Source: Candidatus Limnocylindrales bacterium
GTDB lineage: Bacteria > Chloroflexota > Limnocylindria > Limnocylindrales > CSP1-4
NCBI GenBank assembly: GCA_046712485.1
Contig: JBKKCW010000053.1
Span: 1 to 44,424 of the forward strand
Direction: 5' to 3'
DNA length: 44,424 bases
The notes under the pieces were generated by a model, which was not told where the DNA came from, searched no databases, and saw only the letters and a list, made by a program, of their open reading frames with translations. Shown here one piece after another: positions 8,145-17,577 of this stretch. A program made the position numbers and the translations under genes. Position 1 is the stretch's first letter, and the number at the start of each line of letters is the position of its first letter.

Positions 8145-10373
8145 GTGGAGGAGCCGAAAACCCCGATGGATGCGAGTGCGCTCCAGCTGATCATCTTGCC
8201 CGCCGGCATCATCGCGGTCCTGTTCGCGATCTACCTCGCGCGCGACGTCCTGTCGCGAGACACCGGGACCAAGGAGATGGAGGACGTGGCCGGGACCATC
8301 TTCGAGGGCGCGGTTGCGTTCATTCGACGGCAATACACGACGATCGGCATCCTGGCCATCGTCGGCGCGGTCGTGATCGGCCTGGTCATCACGGTCTTCG
8401 AGACGCGGGAGGTGGCCGACACCGACACGTTCGGGCTCGATCTCGGCTGGCGGACGGGCCTCGCCTTCCTCGTCGGCGCGGCCTGCTCCATGGCCTCCGG
8501 GATCATCGGGATGTATATCAGCGTCAAGGCCAACGTGCGAACCGCGGCGGCCGCGCGGCGCAGCCTCGTCGAGGCCGTCCAGGTTGCGATGCGCGGTGGC
8601 GCGGTCTCCGGCTTCCTCGTCGTCGCCCTGTCGCTGCTCGGCGTGTACGGCATCTTCGCGCTCTTCGGAGGACTGTCCGGCGGCCAGGCCACGCATGACG
8701 CGCCGTTCCTGATCGTGGGCTTTGGCTTTGGCGCGTCCTTCGTGGCGCTCTTTGCGCAGCTCGGCGGCGGGATCTACACCAAGGCCGCCGATGTCGGTTC
8801 GGACCTCGTCGGGAAGGTCGAGAAGGGCATCCCGGAGGATGATCCACGGAACGCGGGCGTCGTGGCAGACCTCGTCGGCGACAACGTCGGCGACTGCGCG
8901 GGCCGCGGTGCCGACCTGTTCGAAAGCACGGCCGCGGAGAACATCGGCGCGATGATCCTCGGCGTCGGCGTCTTCACGATTGCCCTCAACGCCGGCTGGC
9001 CAAACCCACAGGCGTGGATCTTCTTCCCGCTTGTCGTGCGGGCGTTCGGCCTGCTCTCGACGATCGTCGCGATCTTCTTCGTCCGCGGCCGCGAGACCGA
9101 GAACCCGATGAACATCCTCAACCGCGGGTACTGGGTAACGACCGTCCTGTCGGTCGTGGCGTTGCTGCTGACCACGAACATCATGCTCCAGACCAACGGG
9201 AACGCTCCATCCGGCGTGCCGGTCTGGCTGTACTTCTTCGGGGCCGGCGTCATCGGTCTCGCGACGAGCGTCGCCTTCGTCTATATCACCCAGTTCTACA
9301 CGGCCGGCTCGTTCCGCCCGGTTCGCGAGATCGCGGAGGCGTCCAAGACGGGCCCGGCCACGAACATCATCTCGGGAACCGCGGTCGGCTTCGAGACCAC
9401 GTTCGTGACGGCGATCACGATCGGCATCGCGCTGATCACCAGCCACTGGCTCGGGTCGCAGGCCGGCATCGTCAACGAGGCAGGCAACGACGTGGGCGGC
9501 ATCTTCGGGACCGCCGTGGCGACGATGGCGATGCTCATGACGACCGCCTACATCCTGGCGATGGACACGTTCGGCCCGATCACCGACAACGCCGGCGGGA
9601 TCGCCGAATTCAGCCGCGCCGAGGCGGGTGCGCGCGAGATCACCGACCGCCTCGACGCCGTCGGCAACACGACAAAGGCATTGACCAAGGGGTATGCGAT
9701 CGCGTCCGCATCGCTTGCCGCGTTTCTGCTGTTCTCCGCCTACATCGACAAGGTCAACCTGATCCTGGCCCGCCGCGGCGAGGAGCTTCTCGAGTCGGTC
9801 AACCTAGCCAACGTGGACGTGTTCGTCGCCGCCCTGATCGGCGCGATGCTCGTCTACTTCTTCAGCTCGCTCGCGATCCGCGCGGTCGGAACCACCGCCC
9901 AGGCGATCATCATCGAGGTGCGGCGCCAGTTCCGCGAGATGCCCGGGATCATGGACTACACGCAGCGCCCGGACTACGCGCGTGTCGTCGACATCACGAC
10001 CAAGGCGGCCCTGCGCGAGATGATCGCCCCAGGTGTCGTCGCGGTCGCGACGCCGATCATCGTCGGACTCCTGCTCGGCGCAGAAGCCGTGGCCGGCATG
10101 CTGATGGTCGGAACGATCGCCGGTGTGATGCTGGCGACCGTCCTGAACAACGGCGGCGGGGCCTGGGACAACGCCAAGAAGTACATCGAGTCGGGACACC
10201 TCAAGGACGCCGAGGGCAACGTTCTCGGCAAGGGCTCCGACGCTCACGCAGCTGCGGTCGTCGGGGACACGGTCGGCGATCCGTTCAAGGACACCGCCGG
10301 CCCCTCCCTCCACGTCCTGGTCAAGCTGCTGGCAACGATCACCCTCGTCCTCGCCCCGTTGTTCATCCGGTAG
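8145..10373 (+). CDS. hppA: membrane-bound K+-insensitive proton-translocating pyrophosphatase
   Basis: GGGIYTKAADVGSDLVGKVEKGIPEDDPRNAGVVADLVGDNVGDCAGRGADLFES and a DxVGDPFKDT C-terminal motif. GNTTKA (Lys) is the K+-independent signature. ATG 8166 is an alternative start. Confidence 0.95.
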   Translation: MEEPKTPMDASALQLIILPAGIIAVLFAIYLARDVLSRDTGTKEMEDVAGTIFEGAVAFIRRQYTTIGILAIVGAVVIGLVITVFETREVADTDTFGLDLGWRTGLAFLVGAACSMASGIIGMYISVKANVRTAAAARRSLVEAVQVAMRGGAVSGFLVVALSLLGVYGIFALFGGLSGGQATHDAPFLIVGFGFGASFVALFAQLGGGIYTKAADVGSDLVGKVEKGIPEDDPRNAGVVADLVGDNVGDCAGRGADLFESTAAENIGAMILGVGVFTIALNAGWPNPQAWIFFPLVVRAFGLLSTIVAIFFVRGRETENPMNILNRGYWVTTVLSVVALLLTTNIMLQTNGNAPSGVPVWLYFFGAGVIGLATSVAFVYITQFYTAGSFRPVREIAEASKTGPATNIISGTAVGFETTFVTAITIGIALITSHWLGSQAGIVNEAGNDVGGIFGTAVATMAMLMTTAYILAMDTFGPITDNAGGIAEFSRAEAGAREITDRLDAVGNTTKALTKGYAIASASLAAFLLFSAYIDKVNLILARRGEELLESVNLANVDVFVAALIGAMLVYFFSSLAIRAVGTTAQAIIIEVRRQFREMPGIMDYTQRPDYARVVDITTKAALREMIAPGVVAVATPIIVGLLLGAEAVAGMLMVGTIAGVMLATVLNNGGGAWDNAKKYIESGHLKDAEGNVLGKGSDAHAAAVVGDTVGDPFKDTAGPSLHVLVKLLATITLVLAPLFIR

Positions 10374-10413
10374 GGCCGTCGCACCTGGCGGCCGATCGCC
10401 CGCCGACCACGCC

Positions 10414-11241
10414 ATGGATCCGGTCTTGCAGGCGCTCGTCATGGGGGTCGTGCAGGGTCTGACCGAGTTCCTGCCGGTTTCGTCGTCCGGGCACCTGATC
10501 ATCGTCCCGTTCCTGTTTGGCTGGGACGACGCGTTCATCAATTCGTTGGCGTTCAGCGTGATGCTCCACATCGGAACGTTGGCAGCACTCCTCGTATACT
10601 TCCGCGCCGACTGGATCCGACTCGTCCCGGCCGCCCTCGCGACGCTGCGCGATCGATCGTTCCGGGGCGATCCCGACCGGCGTCTCGCCTGGTTGCTCAT
10701 CGCCGCCACGATCCCGGCCGCGATCGCCGGTGTCCTGCTCGAAGGCCTCATCGAGACCGCGTTTCGAGAGATCGGGCTCGTCGCGGTCACGCTCGTGGTG
10801 GGCGGAGGCATCCTGTGGCTGGCGGACCGGCGTGGCGGACGAGCCAAGGGAGTCAACGACGTGACCCTGCCGGTAGCCCTCGGGATCGGGGGTGCCCAGG
10901 CCCTCGCCCTCGTTCCCGGCATCTCGCGATCGGGCATCTCGATCGCGGCCGGGCGCTTTGCTGGGCTGGACCGAGCGGCCGCGGCCCGCTTCTCGTTCCT
11001 GATGGCCACGCCGATCACCGGCGGCGCGGTGGTCTTCGAGCTACGCCGGGTGTTTGCCGGCGAAAGCAGCGTGGTGGTGAGCGCCGGCCCCCTGTTCGTC
11101 GGCATGATTGCCGCATTCGTCTCCGGCGCGCTCGCGATCAGCGTCCTGCTTCGCTACCTGCAGTCGAGCTCGCTCGATCTCTTCGTCTGGTATCGAGTCA
11201 TGCTGGCGGGGGTCGTGTTCGTCGTCTGGCTCGCGCGGTGA
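10414..11241 (+). CDS. uppP: undecaprenyl-diphosphate phosphatase
   Basis: GVVQGLTEFLPVSSSGHLIIV N-terminal motif, PGISRSG motif, ~275 aa membrane protein. Confidence 0.95.
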   Translation: MDPVLQALVMGVVQGLTEFLPVSSSGHLIIVPFLFGWDDAFINSLAFSVMLHIGTLAALLVYFRADWIRLVPAALATLRDRSFRGDPDRRLAWLLIAATIPAAIAGVLLEGLIETAFREIGLVAVTLVVGGGILWLADRRGGRAKGVNDVTLPVALGIGGAQALALVPGISRSGISIAAGRFAGLDRAAAARFSFLMATPITGGAVVFELRRVFAGESSVVVSAGPLFVGMIAAFVSGALAISVLLRYLQSSSLDLFVWYRVMLAGVVFVVWLAR

Positions 11242-11254
11242 GCAACGGCCTGCC

Positions 11255-11725
11255 ATGGAAGTCATGAAGCAGATCCGCCAGCGGGCCATCCGCGACCTGG
11301 TCGAACAGCGACCGATCCGGACGCAGCAGGAGCTGGCTGCGGCGTTGCGCGAGCGCGGGTTCCGGACGACGCAGGCAACGATCAGCCGCGACGTCGCCGA
11401 GCTCGGGCTGATCAAGGTGACCCGCGAGGGCACGGCCGCCTACGCCCTGCCGCCGCGCCTGATCGAGGCGGAGACCTCGGGCGAGGACCGGCTGCGCAAG
11501 CTCCTGGCCGACCTGCCGGTCGAGGTGCGCGAGGCGGGCCTGCTCCTCGTGTTGCGAACGCTGCCCGGATCGGCCCATGCCATCGCCGCAGCCCTTGACC
11601 GGGCACGCTGGCCGGAAGTCGCGGGCTCGATCGCCGGCGACGACACGCTGTTCGTCGCGTTCCCGGACCGACGATCGCTTCAGCGCATCAAGCGGCGGCT
11701 CCTGCGGCTGACCGACGGGAACTGA
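11255..11725 (+). CDS. argR: arginine repressor
   Basis: Winged-helix N-terminus IRTQQELAAALRERGFRTTQATISRDVAELGLIKV and C-terminal GSIAGDDTLFV oligomerisation/arginine-binding motif. The track start at 11108 lies inside uppP. Confidence 0.9.
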   Translation: MEVMKQIRQRAIRDLVEQRPIRTQQELAAALRERGFRTTQATISRDVAELGLIKVTREGTAAYALPPRLIEAETSGEDRLRKLLADLPVEVREAGLLLVLRTLPGSAHAIAAALDRARWPEVAGSIAGDDTLFVAFPDRRSLQRIKRRLLRLTDGN

Positions 11726-11822
11726 GGTCGGCCGTCCCCGTGACGGGCGCCGATCCAGAGGCCACCATTCGAGTAACCGCGGGATACCTGTTCCGGCCAT
11801 CTGACCGATCGTATCCACCGCT

Positions 11823-11851
11823 TTGACACCCTGACGGCGCCCGACTACCAT
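11823..11851 (+). promoter_or_regulatory. candidate promoter for greA-lysK-serS
   Basis: TTGACA (11823-11828), 17-nt spacer, TACCAT (11846-11851). Confidence 0.35.
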
Positions 11852-11975
11852 TCGCGTCCAGTTCGGAACTTCAGGCGCGCGGCCGGACCGTGGATGCCTG
11901 GAGTTCTTTCCTTCTTCGAAGACCGCCGCGCGGTTGCCCACATCCGAGAAACCTGCATTGCGGGGACCTTTGGCC

Positions 11976-12440
11976 GTGAACAACAAGCCCACCTACCTCT
12001 CGAGGGACGGCCTCGAGAAGCTCCGTGCCGAGCTCGACGAGATGGTCTCCGTCAAGCGACCAGAGGTCGCCAACCGAATCCACGATGCCAAGGAACATGG
12101 CGACCTGTCCGAGAACGCTGAGTACGAGGACGCCAAGAACGAGCAGGCGTTCGTCGAGGGCCGTATCCAGACCCTCGAGGCCCTGATCAAGAACGCGACG
12201 ATCATCGACGAGAACCATTCGACCGACCACGTCCAGATCGGCTCGACCGTCTCGGTCGAGAGCGGCGACGGCAAGGAGCGGTTCACGATCGTGGGCTCCG
12301 CTGAGGCAAAGCCGGCCGAGGGTCGGATCTCCAATGAGAGCCCGGTCGGTCGCGCCCTGCTCGGCAAGAAGAAGGGCGAGAAGGTCGTCGTTCGCGTTCC
12401 GGCCGGCGACTTCACCTACAAGATCGTCGGCATCACCTAG
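11976..12440 (+). CDS. greA: transcription elongation factor GreA
   Basis: LSRDGLEKLRAELDEMVSVKRPEVANRIHDAKEHGDLSENAEYEDAKNEQAFVEGRI. GTG 11976 gives the usual short N-terminus; TTG 11934 is the track start. Confidence 0.9.
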   Translation: MNNKPTYLSRDGLEKLRAELDEMVSVKRPEVANRIHDAKEHGDLSENAEYEDAKNEQAFVEGRIQTLEALIKNATIIDENHSTDHVQIGSTVSVESGDGKERFTIVGSAEAKPAEGRISNESPVGRALLGKKKGEKVVVRVPAGDFTYKIVGIT

Positions 12441-12456
12441 CCCCGCGGTCGTCGCC

Positions 12457-14091
12457 ATGGATTGGGCGGACGAGCTCGCGGTCAAGGTCCGCGATCGCGG
12501 GCCGCAGGTCGTCAACGACTCGAAGACACCGTCCGGGACGGTTCACGTCGGAAGCCTCCGCGGGCCGGTCATCCTCGACGTGCTCACTCGGGCGCTTCGC
12601 GCCAACGGCGTCGAGACCAGGCTGCTCTACGGTATTGACGACCTCGACCCGATGGACGCGCAGGCCCTGCTGACGCCCGATGCCGTCGAGCGCGAGATGG
12701 GCCGTCCCCTCGCGCACGTCCCGGACCCGGTCGGCGACTGCCACGCGAGCTATGCGCGCCATTTCGCCGGAATGTTCATCGACACGTTCGACCGCCTGGG
12801 CATCGAGCCAAATCGCTATTACTGGATGAGCGACATCTATCCCACCGGCGACGTGGATCCGTACATCCGCCTGGCGCTCGACAATGCGGCGCTCGTCCGG
12901 GACATCTACCGGCGTGTGGCGAACGTGCAACACCCGGACACCTGGCATCCACTTGCGGTGATCTGCCCGACGTGCGGCAAGATCGGTACGACGATCGTGA
13001 CCGGCTGGGATGGCGAACGCGTCCAGTTCGAGTGTCGCGAGAACCTCGTCGAATGGGCCACAGGCTGCGGGACGGCCGGCTGGATCAGCCCGTTCGGAGG
13101 AACCGCAAAGCTTCCCTGGAACCTCGAGTGGGCGGCCCAATGGTCGATCCTGGGCGTCACGATCGAACCATGTGGCAAGGATCTCTCCACCGCGGGGGGT
13201 TCTCGCGACCGCAGCGATGCCATCGCTCGCGAGGTGTTCGAACGCGAACCGCCCCTCAACGTGCCCTACGAATTCCTGAACATCGGCGGCAAGAAGATGT
13301 CGACGTCGAAAGGCCGAGGGGCCGCGGCACACGCGATCGCGGAGGTCGTCCCGCCCGAGCAGCTCCGATTCCTCTTCCTTCGACCGCGGCCCAGCCAGGC
13401 GATCGAGTTCGATCCGGAGGGGACGGACGCGATCCCGCGCCTGTTCGACGAGTTCGATCGCTTCGCGGCAGCCACCGCCGGACAAAAGGTCAAGGGCGAG
13501 ATCCCGCCTGGGTTCGAGGCGACGTTTCGCTACTCGTTGCTCGACGCGGCGGCCGACGTCCCCGCAGAGGCGGCCGCGTTTCGGCCGGCGTTCTCGCACC
13601 TTGCCCTGCTCCTGCAGATCCCCGGTGTGGACCTGGCGTACCGCGTCGAAGCCGAGAAGGGGAGCGCGCTGAACGTCCGTGAGCGCGTGATCCTCGAGGA
13701 GCGCGTTGACGCGGCGCAGAAGTGGCTCGACGCGTACGCGCCGGATTCCGCCCGGATCGCCGTTCGACGAGACGGCGTTCCCGAGGCCGCGACGGCGCTG
13801 GCCGACGACCAACGGCGGTTCCTGGCCCAGCTGGCGAACCTCGCCGGACTGGAGGTCCCACGCGGCGGCGACGCCTGGCAATCGAAGATCTTCGAGCTCG
13901 CGAAGCTCGACGCGCTGCCCCCTCGGCGTGCGTTCGAGGCGATCTACCTCGCCTTCCTGGGTCGCCCGAACGGACCGCGAGCCGGCTGGCTGCTGGCAAG
14001 CCTCGATCTCGACTTCGTCTACGAACGGGCCGCCGCGGCATCGGGCTGGCCGACAGGCAGGGCACCCGGACGGTCGGAGCTCGTCGAATGA
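12457..14091 (+). CDS. lysK: class I lysine--tRNA ligase
   Basis: KTPSGTVHVGSLRG (HIGH-type motif of class I LysRS) and KMSTSKG (KMSKS). ATG 12457 lies 16 nt after the greA stop. Confidence 0.85.
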   Translation: MDWADELAVKVRDRGPQVVNDSKTPSGTVHVGSLRGPVILDVLTRALRANGVETRLLYGIDDLDPMDAQALLTPDAVEREMGRPLAHVPDPVGDCHASYARHFAGMFIDTFDRLGIEPNRYYWMSDIYPTGDVDPYIRLALDNAALVRDIYRRVANVQHPDTWHPLAVICPTCGKIGTTIVTGWDGERVQFECRENLVEWATGCGTAGWISPFGGTAKLPWNLEWAAQWSILGVTIEPCGKDLSTAGGSRDRSDAIAREVFEREPPLNVPYEFLNIGGKKMSTSKGRGAAAHAIAEVVPPEQLRFLFLRPRPSQAIEFDPEGTDAIPRLFDEFDRFAAATAGQKVKGEIPPGFEATFRYSLLDAAADVPAEAAAFRPAFSHLALLLQIPGVDLAYRVEAEKGSALNVRERVILEERVDAAQKWLDAYAPDSARIAVRRDGVPEAATALADDQRRFLAQLANLAGLEVPRGGDAWQSKIFELAKLDALPPRRAFEAIYLAFLGRPNGPRAGWLLASLDLDFVYERAAAASGWPTGRAPGRSELVE

Positions 14092-15428
14092 GCGTTGGTC
14101 TCCAGCGCCTCCGCGACGAACCGGAGGTCATCCGGCGTGGCGCGGCCGACAAAGGCGAGGATCCCGCGCTCATCGACCGGGCGGTGGAGCTCGATGCCGA
14201 GCGGCGCCGTCTCCTGGCCGAGACCGAGGCGCTCAAGGCTGAGCGGAACGCCGTATCCAAACGGATCGGCGAAGCGATCAAGGGCGGCGCTGCCCCAGAC
14301 GGACCCGCGGTCGCAGAGCTCAAGGCCGCTTCGACGGCTGCCGGCGAACGGATCAAGTCGCTCGAGGTCACCCTCGCCGAGACCGAGTCGGCGCTCGACG
14401 ACCTCCTCTTGCGGATCCCCAACCCGCCCGATCCGGACATCCCCGTCGGCGGGGAAGAGGCGAACGTCACCGTTCGGACCTGGGGCGACCTCCTCCCGCG
14501 CCAGCAGCCGGCCGTGGGAGAGACCGGTGCCGACGCGGCAGTCGGCGGCGCCACCTGGATGCGCAAGCCGCACTGGGAGCTCGGCGACGCGCTCGGAATC
14601 CTGGACAACGCCCGAGGATCAAAGATCGCCGGCTCCGGGTTCCCGGTCTACAGAGGCGCGGGTTCCGCGCTCCAGCGAGGATTGATCAACTGGTTCCTCG
14701 ACGTCCATACGCGCGAGAACGGGATGACCGAAGTGTGGCCGCCCGCGGTCGTCAACACCGCTTCGGCCACCGGCACCGGCCAGATCCCGGACAAGGAAGA
14801 CCAGATGTACGTCGTCACCCGGGACGAGCTGTACCTGGTTCCCACGGCCGAGGTTCCCGTCACGAACCTCCACCGCGACGAGATCCTCGAGGCCGACCAG
14901 CTCCCGATCCGCTATGCCGCCTACACCCCGTGCTTCCGGCGAGAGGCCGGCGCGGCGGGGAAGGACACGCGAGGCATCCTGCGAGTCCACCAGTTCGACA
15001 AGGTCGAGATGGTGCTCTTCGAACGCCCCGAGGACTCTGCCGCCGCTCTCGAGTGGATGACCGAGCGCGCCGAGATCCTGATCCAGCGACTCGGCCTGGC
15101 GTACAGGGTCCTGCTCATGAGCACGCGGGAGATGGGCTTCACCCAGGCCCGCAAGTACGACCTGGAGGTATGGGCGCCTGGAGTGGAGCGCTGGCTGGAG
15201 GTCAGCTCGTGCTCCAATTTCCGCGACTTCCAGGCGAGGCGGATGGCCATTCGCTACCGCCCTGAGCCAGGCGCGAAGGCAGAGCTCGTCCACACGCTCA
15301 ACGGCTCGGGGCTGGCGCTCGCTCGGATCGTGGCCGCCCTGCTGGAGACGTACCAGCAACCGGACGGTTCGGTGAACGTGCCGGAAGTCCTTCGACCCTA
15401 CCTGGGACGAGACGCCATCACGGCCTGA
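14088..15428 (+). CDS. serS: serine--tRNA ligase
   Basis: N-terminal coiled-coil arm (LDAERRRLLAETEALKAERNAVSKRIGEA) and class II core TPCFRREAGAAGKDTRGILRVHQFDKVEMV. ATG 14088 overlaps the lysK stop (ATGA). Confidence 0.95.
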   Translation: MSVGLQRLRDEPEVIRRGAADKGEDPALIDRAVELDAERRRLLAETEALKAERNAVSKRIGEAIKGGAAPDGPAVAELKAASTAAGERIKSLEVTLAETESALDDLLLRIPNPPDPDIPVGGEEANVTVRTWGDLLPRQQPAVGETGADAAVGGATWMRKPHWELGDALGILDNARGSKIAGSGFPVYRGAGSALQRGLINWFLDVHTRENGMTEVWPPAVVNTASATGTGQIPDKEDQMYVVTRDELYLVPTAEVPVTNLHRDEILEADQLPIRYAAYTPCFRREAGAAGKDTRGILRVHQFDKVEMVLFERPEDSAAALEWMTERAEILIQRLGLAYRVLLMSTREMGFTQARKYDLEVWAPGVERWLEVSSCSNFRDFQARRMAIRYRPEPGAKAELVHTLNGSGLALARIVAALLETYQQPDGSVNVPEVLRPYLGRDAITA

Positions 15429-15552
15429 CCGCTCCACCGCTCCTTTGGGCTCCGGGTGACCGACCCGACGGGGGACGACCCGTTCCACCGTTCCTTCAGG
15501 CACCGGGCGACCGAACCGACCCGCGCTGCCCAAATACGGCGCCCCAACCTCC

Positions 15553-15581
15553 TTGACAGCGTCCCGGCCCGCTGCCATCAT
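15553..15581 (+). promoter_or_regulatory. candidate promoter of the LacI-headed operon
   Basis: TTGACA (15553-15558), 17-nt spacer, CATCAT (15576-15581). Confidence 0.3.
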
Positions 15582-15592
15582 CCGCATCGGAC

Positions 15593-15630
15593 CGTTCCTG
15601 AGAACGTTTACAAGAACGTTTACAAGAACG
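15593..15630 (+). promoter_or_regulatory. candidate LacI-family operator region: 2.4 tandem copies of GAACGTTTACAA with an overlapping palindrome
   Basis: GAACGTTTACAA at 15602-15613 and 15614-15625, plus GAACG at 15626-15630. TGAGAACGTTTACA (15599-15612) is a 10/14 palindrome with a central CG, like LacI/GalR operators. CGTTC-N4-GAACG at 15593-15606. Sits 17 nt upstream of the regulator's ATG. Confidence 0.45.
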
Positions 15631-15646
15631 GCGGCAGAGGATCTCG

Positions 15647-16675
15647 ATGCGGGATCTTGCGCGTCCCACGCTTGTCACCGTCGCCCAGCGAGCTGGCGTC
15701 TCGATCGCGTCCGTGTCTCGTGTGATCAACGGCCTGCCGGCCACGCCGGACATGGTCCAGCGAGTCCGTGCTGCTTCGGAGGCCGTTGGGTACGTCCCCG
15801 ACGCCGTCGCCCGCTCGCTCAAGGCGGGACGGACCGGTCAGCTCGCGTTCGCGGTCGCCGACGTGGCCAACCCGGTCTACGTGGCAATGATGCGGGCGAT
15901 CGAGCGAGTGACCAAGGAGGCCGGCTACCGCCTGCTCCTGAGCTCGACCGATTCTCAGCCGGCCGACGAGATTGCGCTCTTGCGCAGTCTGCGCAATCGT
16001 CACGTGGACGGCATGATCCTGATTCCGATCCGGGTCACGCCCGAGTTCGTCGACGAGCTCTGCCAAGCCCCGCTCCCGGTCGTCGTTATCGGCACGCTGC
16101 CTGCCGAGGTCCCAGTCGACAACGTACGAGCCGACTCCCGGCAGGGCGTGGGCCTTGCGATCGCTCATCTGGTTGAGACTGGACGCCAGTCGATCGCGTT
16201 CATCAACGGTCCGATCGACACGGTGCCAGGGGAGGCTCGTCTCGAGGGCTTCCGGGCCGCGCTGGACGCCGCGGGCCGAGCATTCGACGCTGACCTCGTC
16301 GTCACCGCGGAGGATTTCACCTTCGCCGCCGGAAGACGGGCCGCACGCGCCCTGTTCCACCGCGCGCGACCCGATGCCGTGTTCTGCGCCAACGACCTTC
16401 TTGCGGTCGGGGCCCTTCGTCAGCTGATTGATCTCGGGCTGCGCGTTCCGGACGACGTGGCCCTCGTCGGGATGGACGACACAGAGCTCGCCGAGATGAG
16501 CGCCCCGTCGCTGTCGAGCGTCTCGCTCGGCTCGGAGGAGCGAGGCGCGCTGGCGGCAAACCTCCTCCTCGAGCGCCTGGCCAATCCATCGATCGTCATC
16601 CGTCGGCTGCACGTCGCGCCAAGGCTGGTCGTACGCGAGTCGTCGGTCGCCACCATCCGAGGAGCTCACCGGTGA
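15647..16675 (+). CDS. LacI-family transcriptional regulator
   Basis: HTH TLVTVAQRAGVSIASVSRVINGLP, YVPDAVARSLK, and a periplasmic-binding-protein-like C-terminal domain. Confidence 0.9.
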   Translation: MRDLARPTLVTVAQRAGVSIASVSRVINGLPATPDMVQRVRAASEAVGYVPDAVARSLKAGRTGQLAFAVADVANPVYVAMMRAIERVTKEAGYRLLLSSTDSQPADEIALLRSLRNRHVDGMILIPIRVTPEFVDELCQAPLPVVVIGTLPAEVPVDNVRADSRQGVGLAIAHLVETGRQSIAFINGPIDTVPGEARLEGFRAALDAAGRAFDADLVVTAEDFTFAAGRRAARALFHRARPDAVFCANDLLAVGALRQLIDLGLRVPDDVALVGMDDTELAEMSAPSLSSVSLGSEERGALAANLLLERLANPSIVIRRLHVAPRLVVRESSVATIRGAHR

Positions 16676-17577
16676 CCGCCATGTCGGCTATCCGTCGGGC
16701 CACGGGTCGCGAACAGCGGGAGGCCATGGTCTTCCTGGTGCCGGCTCTGATCCCCGTCGTGATCTTCAGTGTCGCCCCGCTCGCGGTCGGCATCTACCTG
16801 GGCTTCACGGACGCAGTCGCCGGTATCGACGTCACGACCAACTTCACCTGGCTGGATAACTACACGCGATTGCTCGGCAACTCGCTGTTCTGGCAGTCAT
16901 TCCTCACGGGCCTCATCTGGGCGTTCGGCGTCACGGCCCTCCAGGGCGTGCTGGGGCTGGCCCTCGCGTTGCTCCTGAACGAGCGACTGCGCCTGCGCTG
17001 GCTGGCAAGGACGCTTGCCCTCGTGCCCTGGGCGATGCCCTCGGTGATCGTGGCCATCATGTGGCGAATGGTCTACCACCCCGACGCCGGGATCCTCAAT
17101 GCGTCGCTTGAGGGTTTGGGGATCCTCGACACAGGGATCAATTGGCTTGGCGGCGTCGATACGGCGTTCGCGGCGGTCGTGGTCGTCGGCGTCTGGGCCG
17201 GGTTGCCGCAGACCACGGTCGCACTGCTGGCCGGCCTGCAGAGCGTCCCCCCTGAGCTCCACGAGGCGGCCGAAGTTGATGGCGCGAACATCGGCCAGCG
17301 GTTCCGACACATCACGCTGCCCCAGATCCGGCCGGTGGCCGATGCAATCTTCTCCCTCAACTTCATCTGGAACTTCAATGCTTTCGGGCTCGTGTACGTG
17401 CTGACCGCGGGCGGGCCGGGAGGCCGGACCATGCTGCCGGCACTCTTCGCGTACAACGAGGGCTTCCGCTACGGGAACTTCGGGTACGCCGCGGCGATGG
17501 GCAATGCGATGGTCATCCTGATCATCGCCCTCCTCGCGATCTACCTGCGGCGGCGCCTCAGGGCGGCTGACGCATGA
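16672..17577 (+). CDS. carbohydrate (CUT1) ABC transporter permease, MalF/UgpA-like
   Basis: Six TM segments and EAA loop EAAEVDGANIGQRFRHITLPQIRP. GTGA overlap with the regulator's stop. Confidence 0.9.
   Translation: MTAMSAIRRATGREQREAMVFLVPALIPVVIFSVAPLAVGIYLGFTDAVAGIDVTTNFTWLDNYTRLLGNSLFWQSFLTGLIWAFGVTALQGVLGLALALLLNERLRLRWLARTLALVPWAMPSVIVAIMWRMVYHPDAGILNASLEGLGILDTGINWLGGVDTAFAAVVVVGVWAGLPQTTVALLAGLQSVPPELHEAAEVDGANIGQRFRHITLPQIRPVADAIFSLNFIWNFNAFGLVYVLTAGGPGGRTMLPALFAYNEGFRYGNFGYAAAMGNAMVILIIALLAIYLRRRLRAADA

Noticed and set aside
8010-9446. 478-aa minus-strand ORF antisense to hppA. Similar cases: 12433..13881, 13490..14608, 19576..21066, 25541..26518, 26529..27545, 29946..31838, 34266..36569, 36644..38104.
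   Set aside because: All are Arg/Asp/Gly/Pro-rich with no motifs, and they lie opposite genes with unambiguous family signatures. These are classic high-GC shadow ORFs.
11852-11975. Structured greA leader or small RNA (by analogy to leader-derived sRNAs of greA in other bacteria)
   Set aside because: Only a 7-bp GC pairing with a ~40-nt loop is visible, with no terminator. This is speculation without conservation data.
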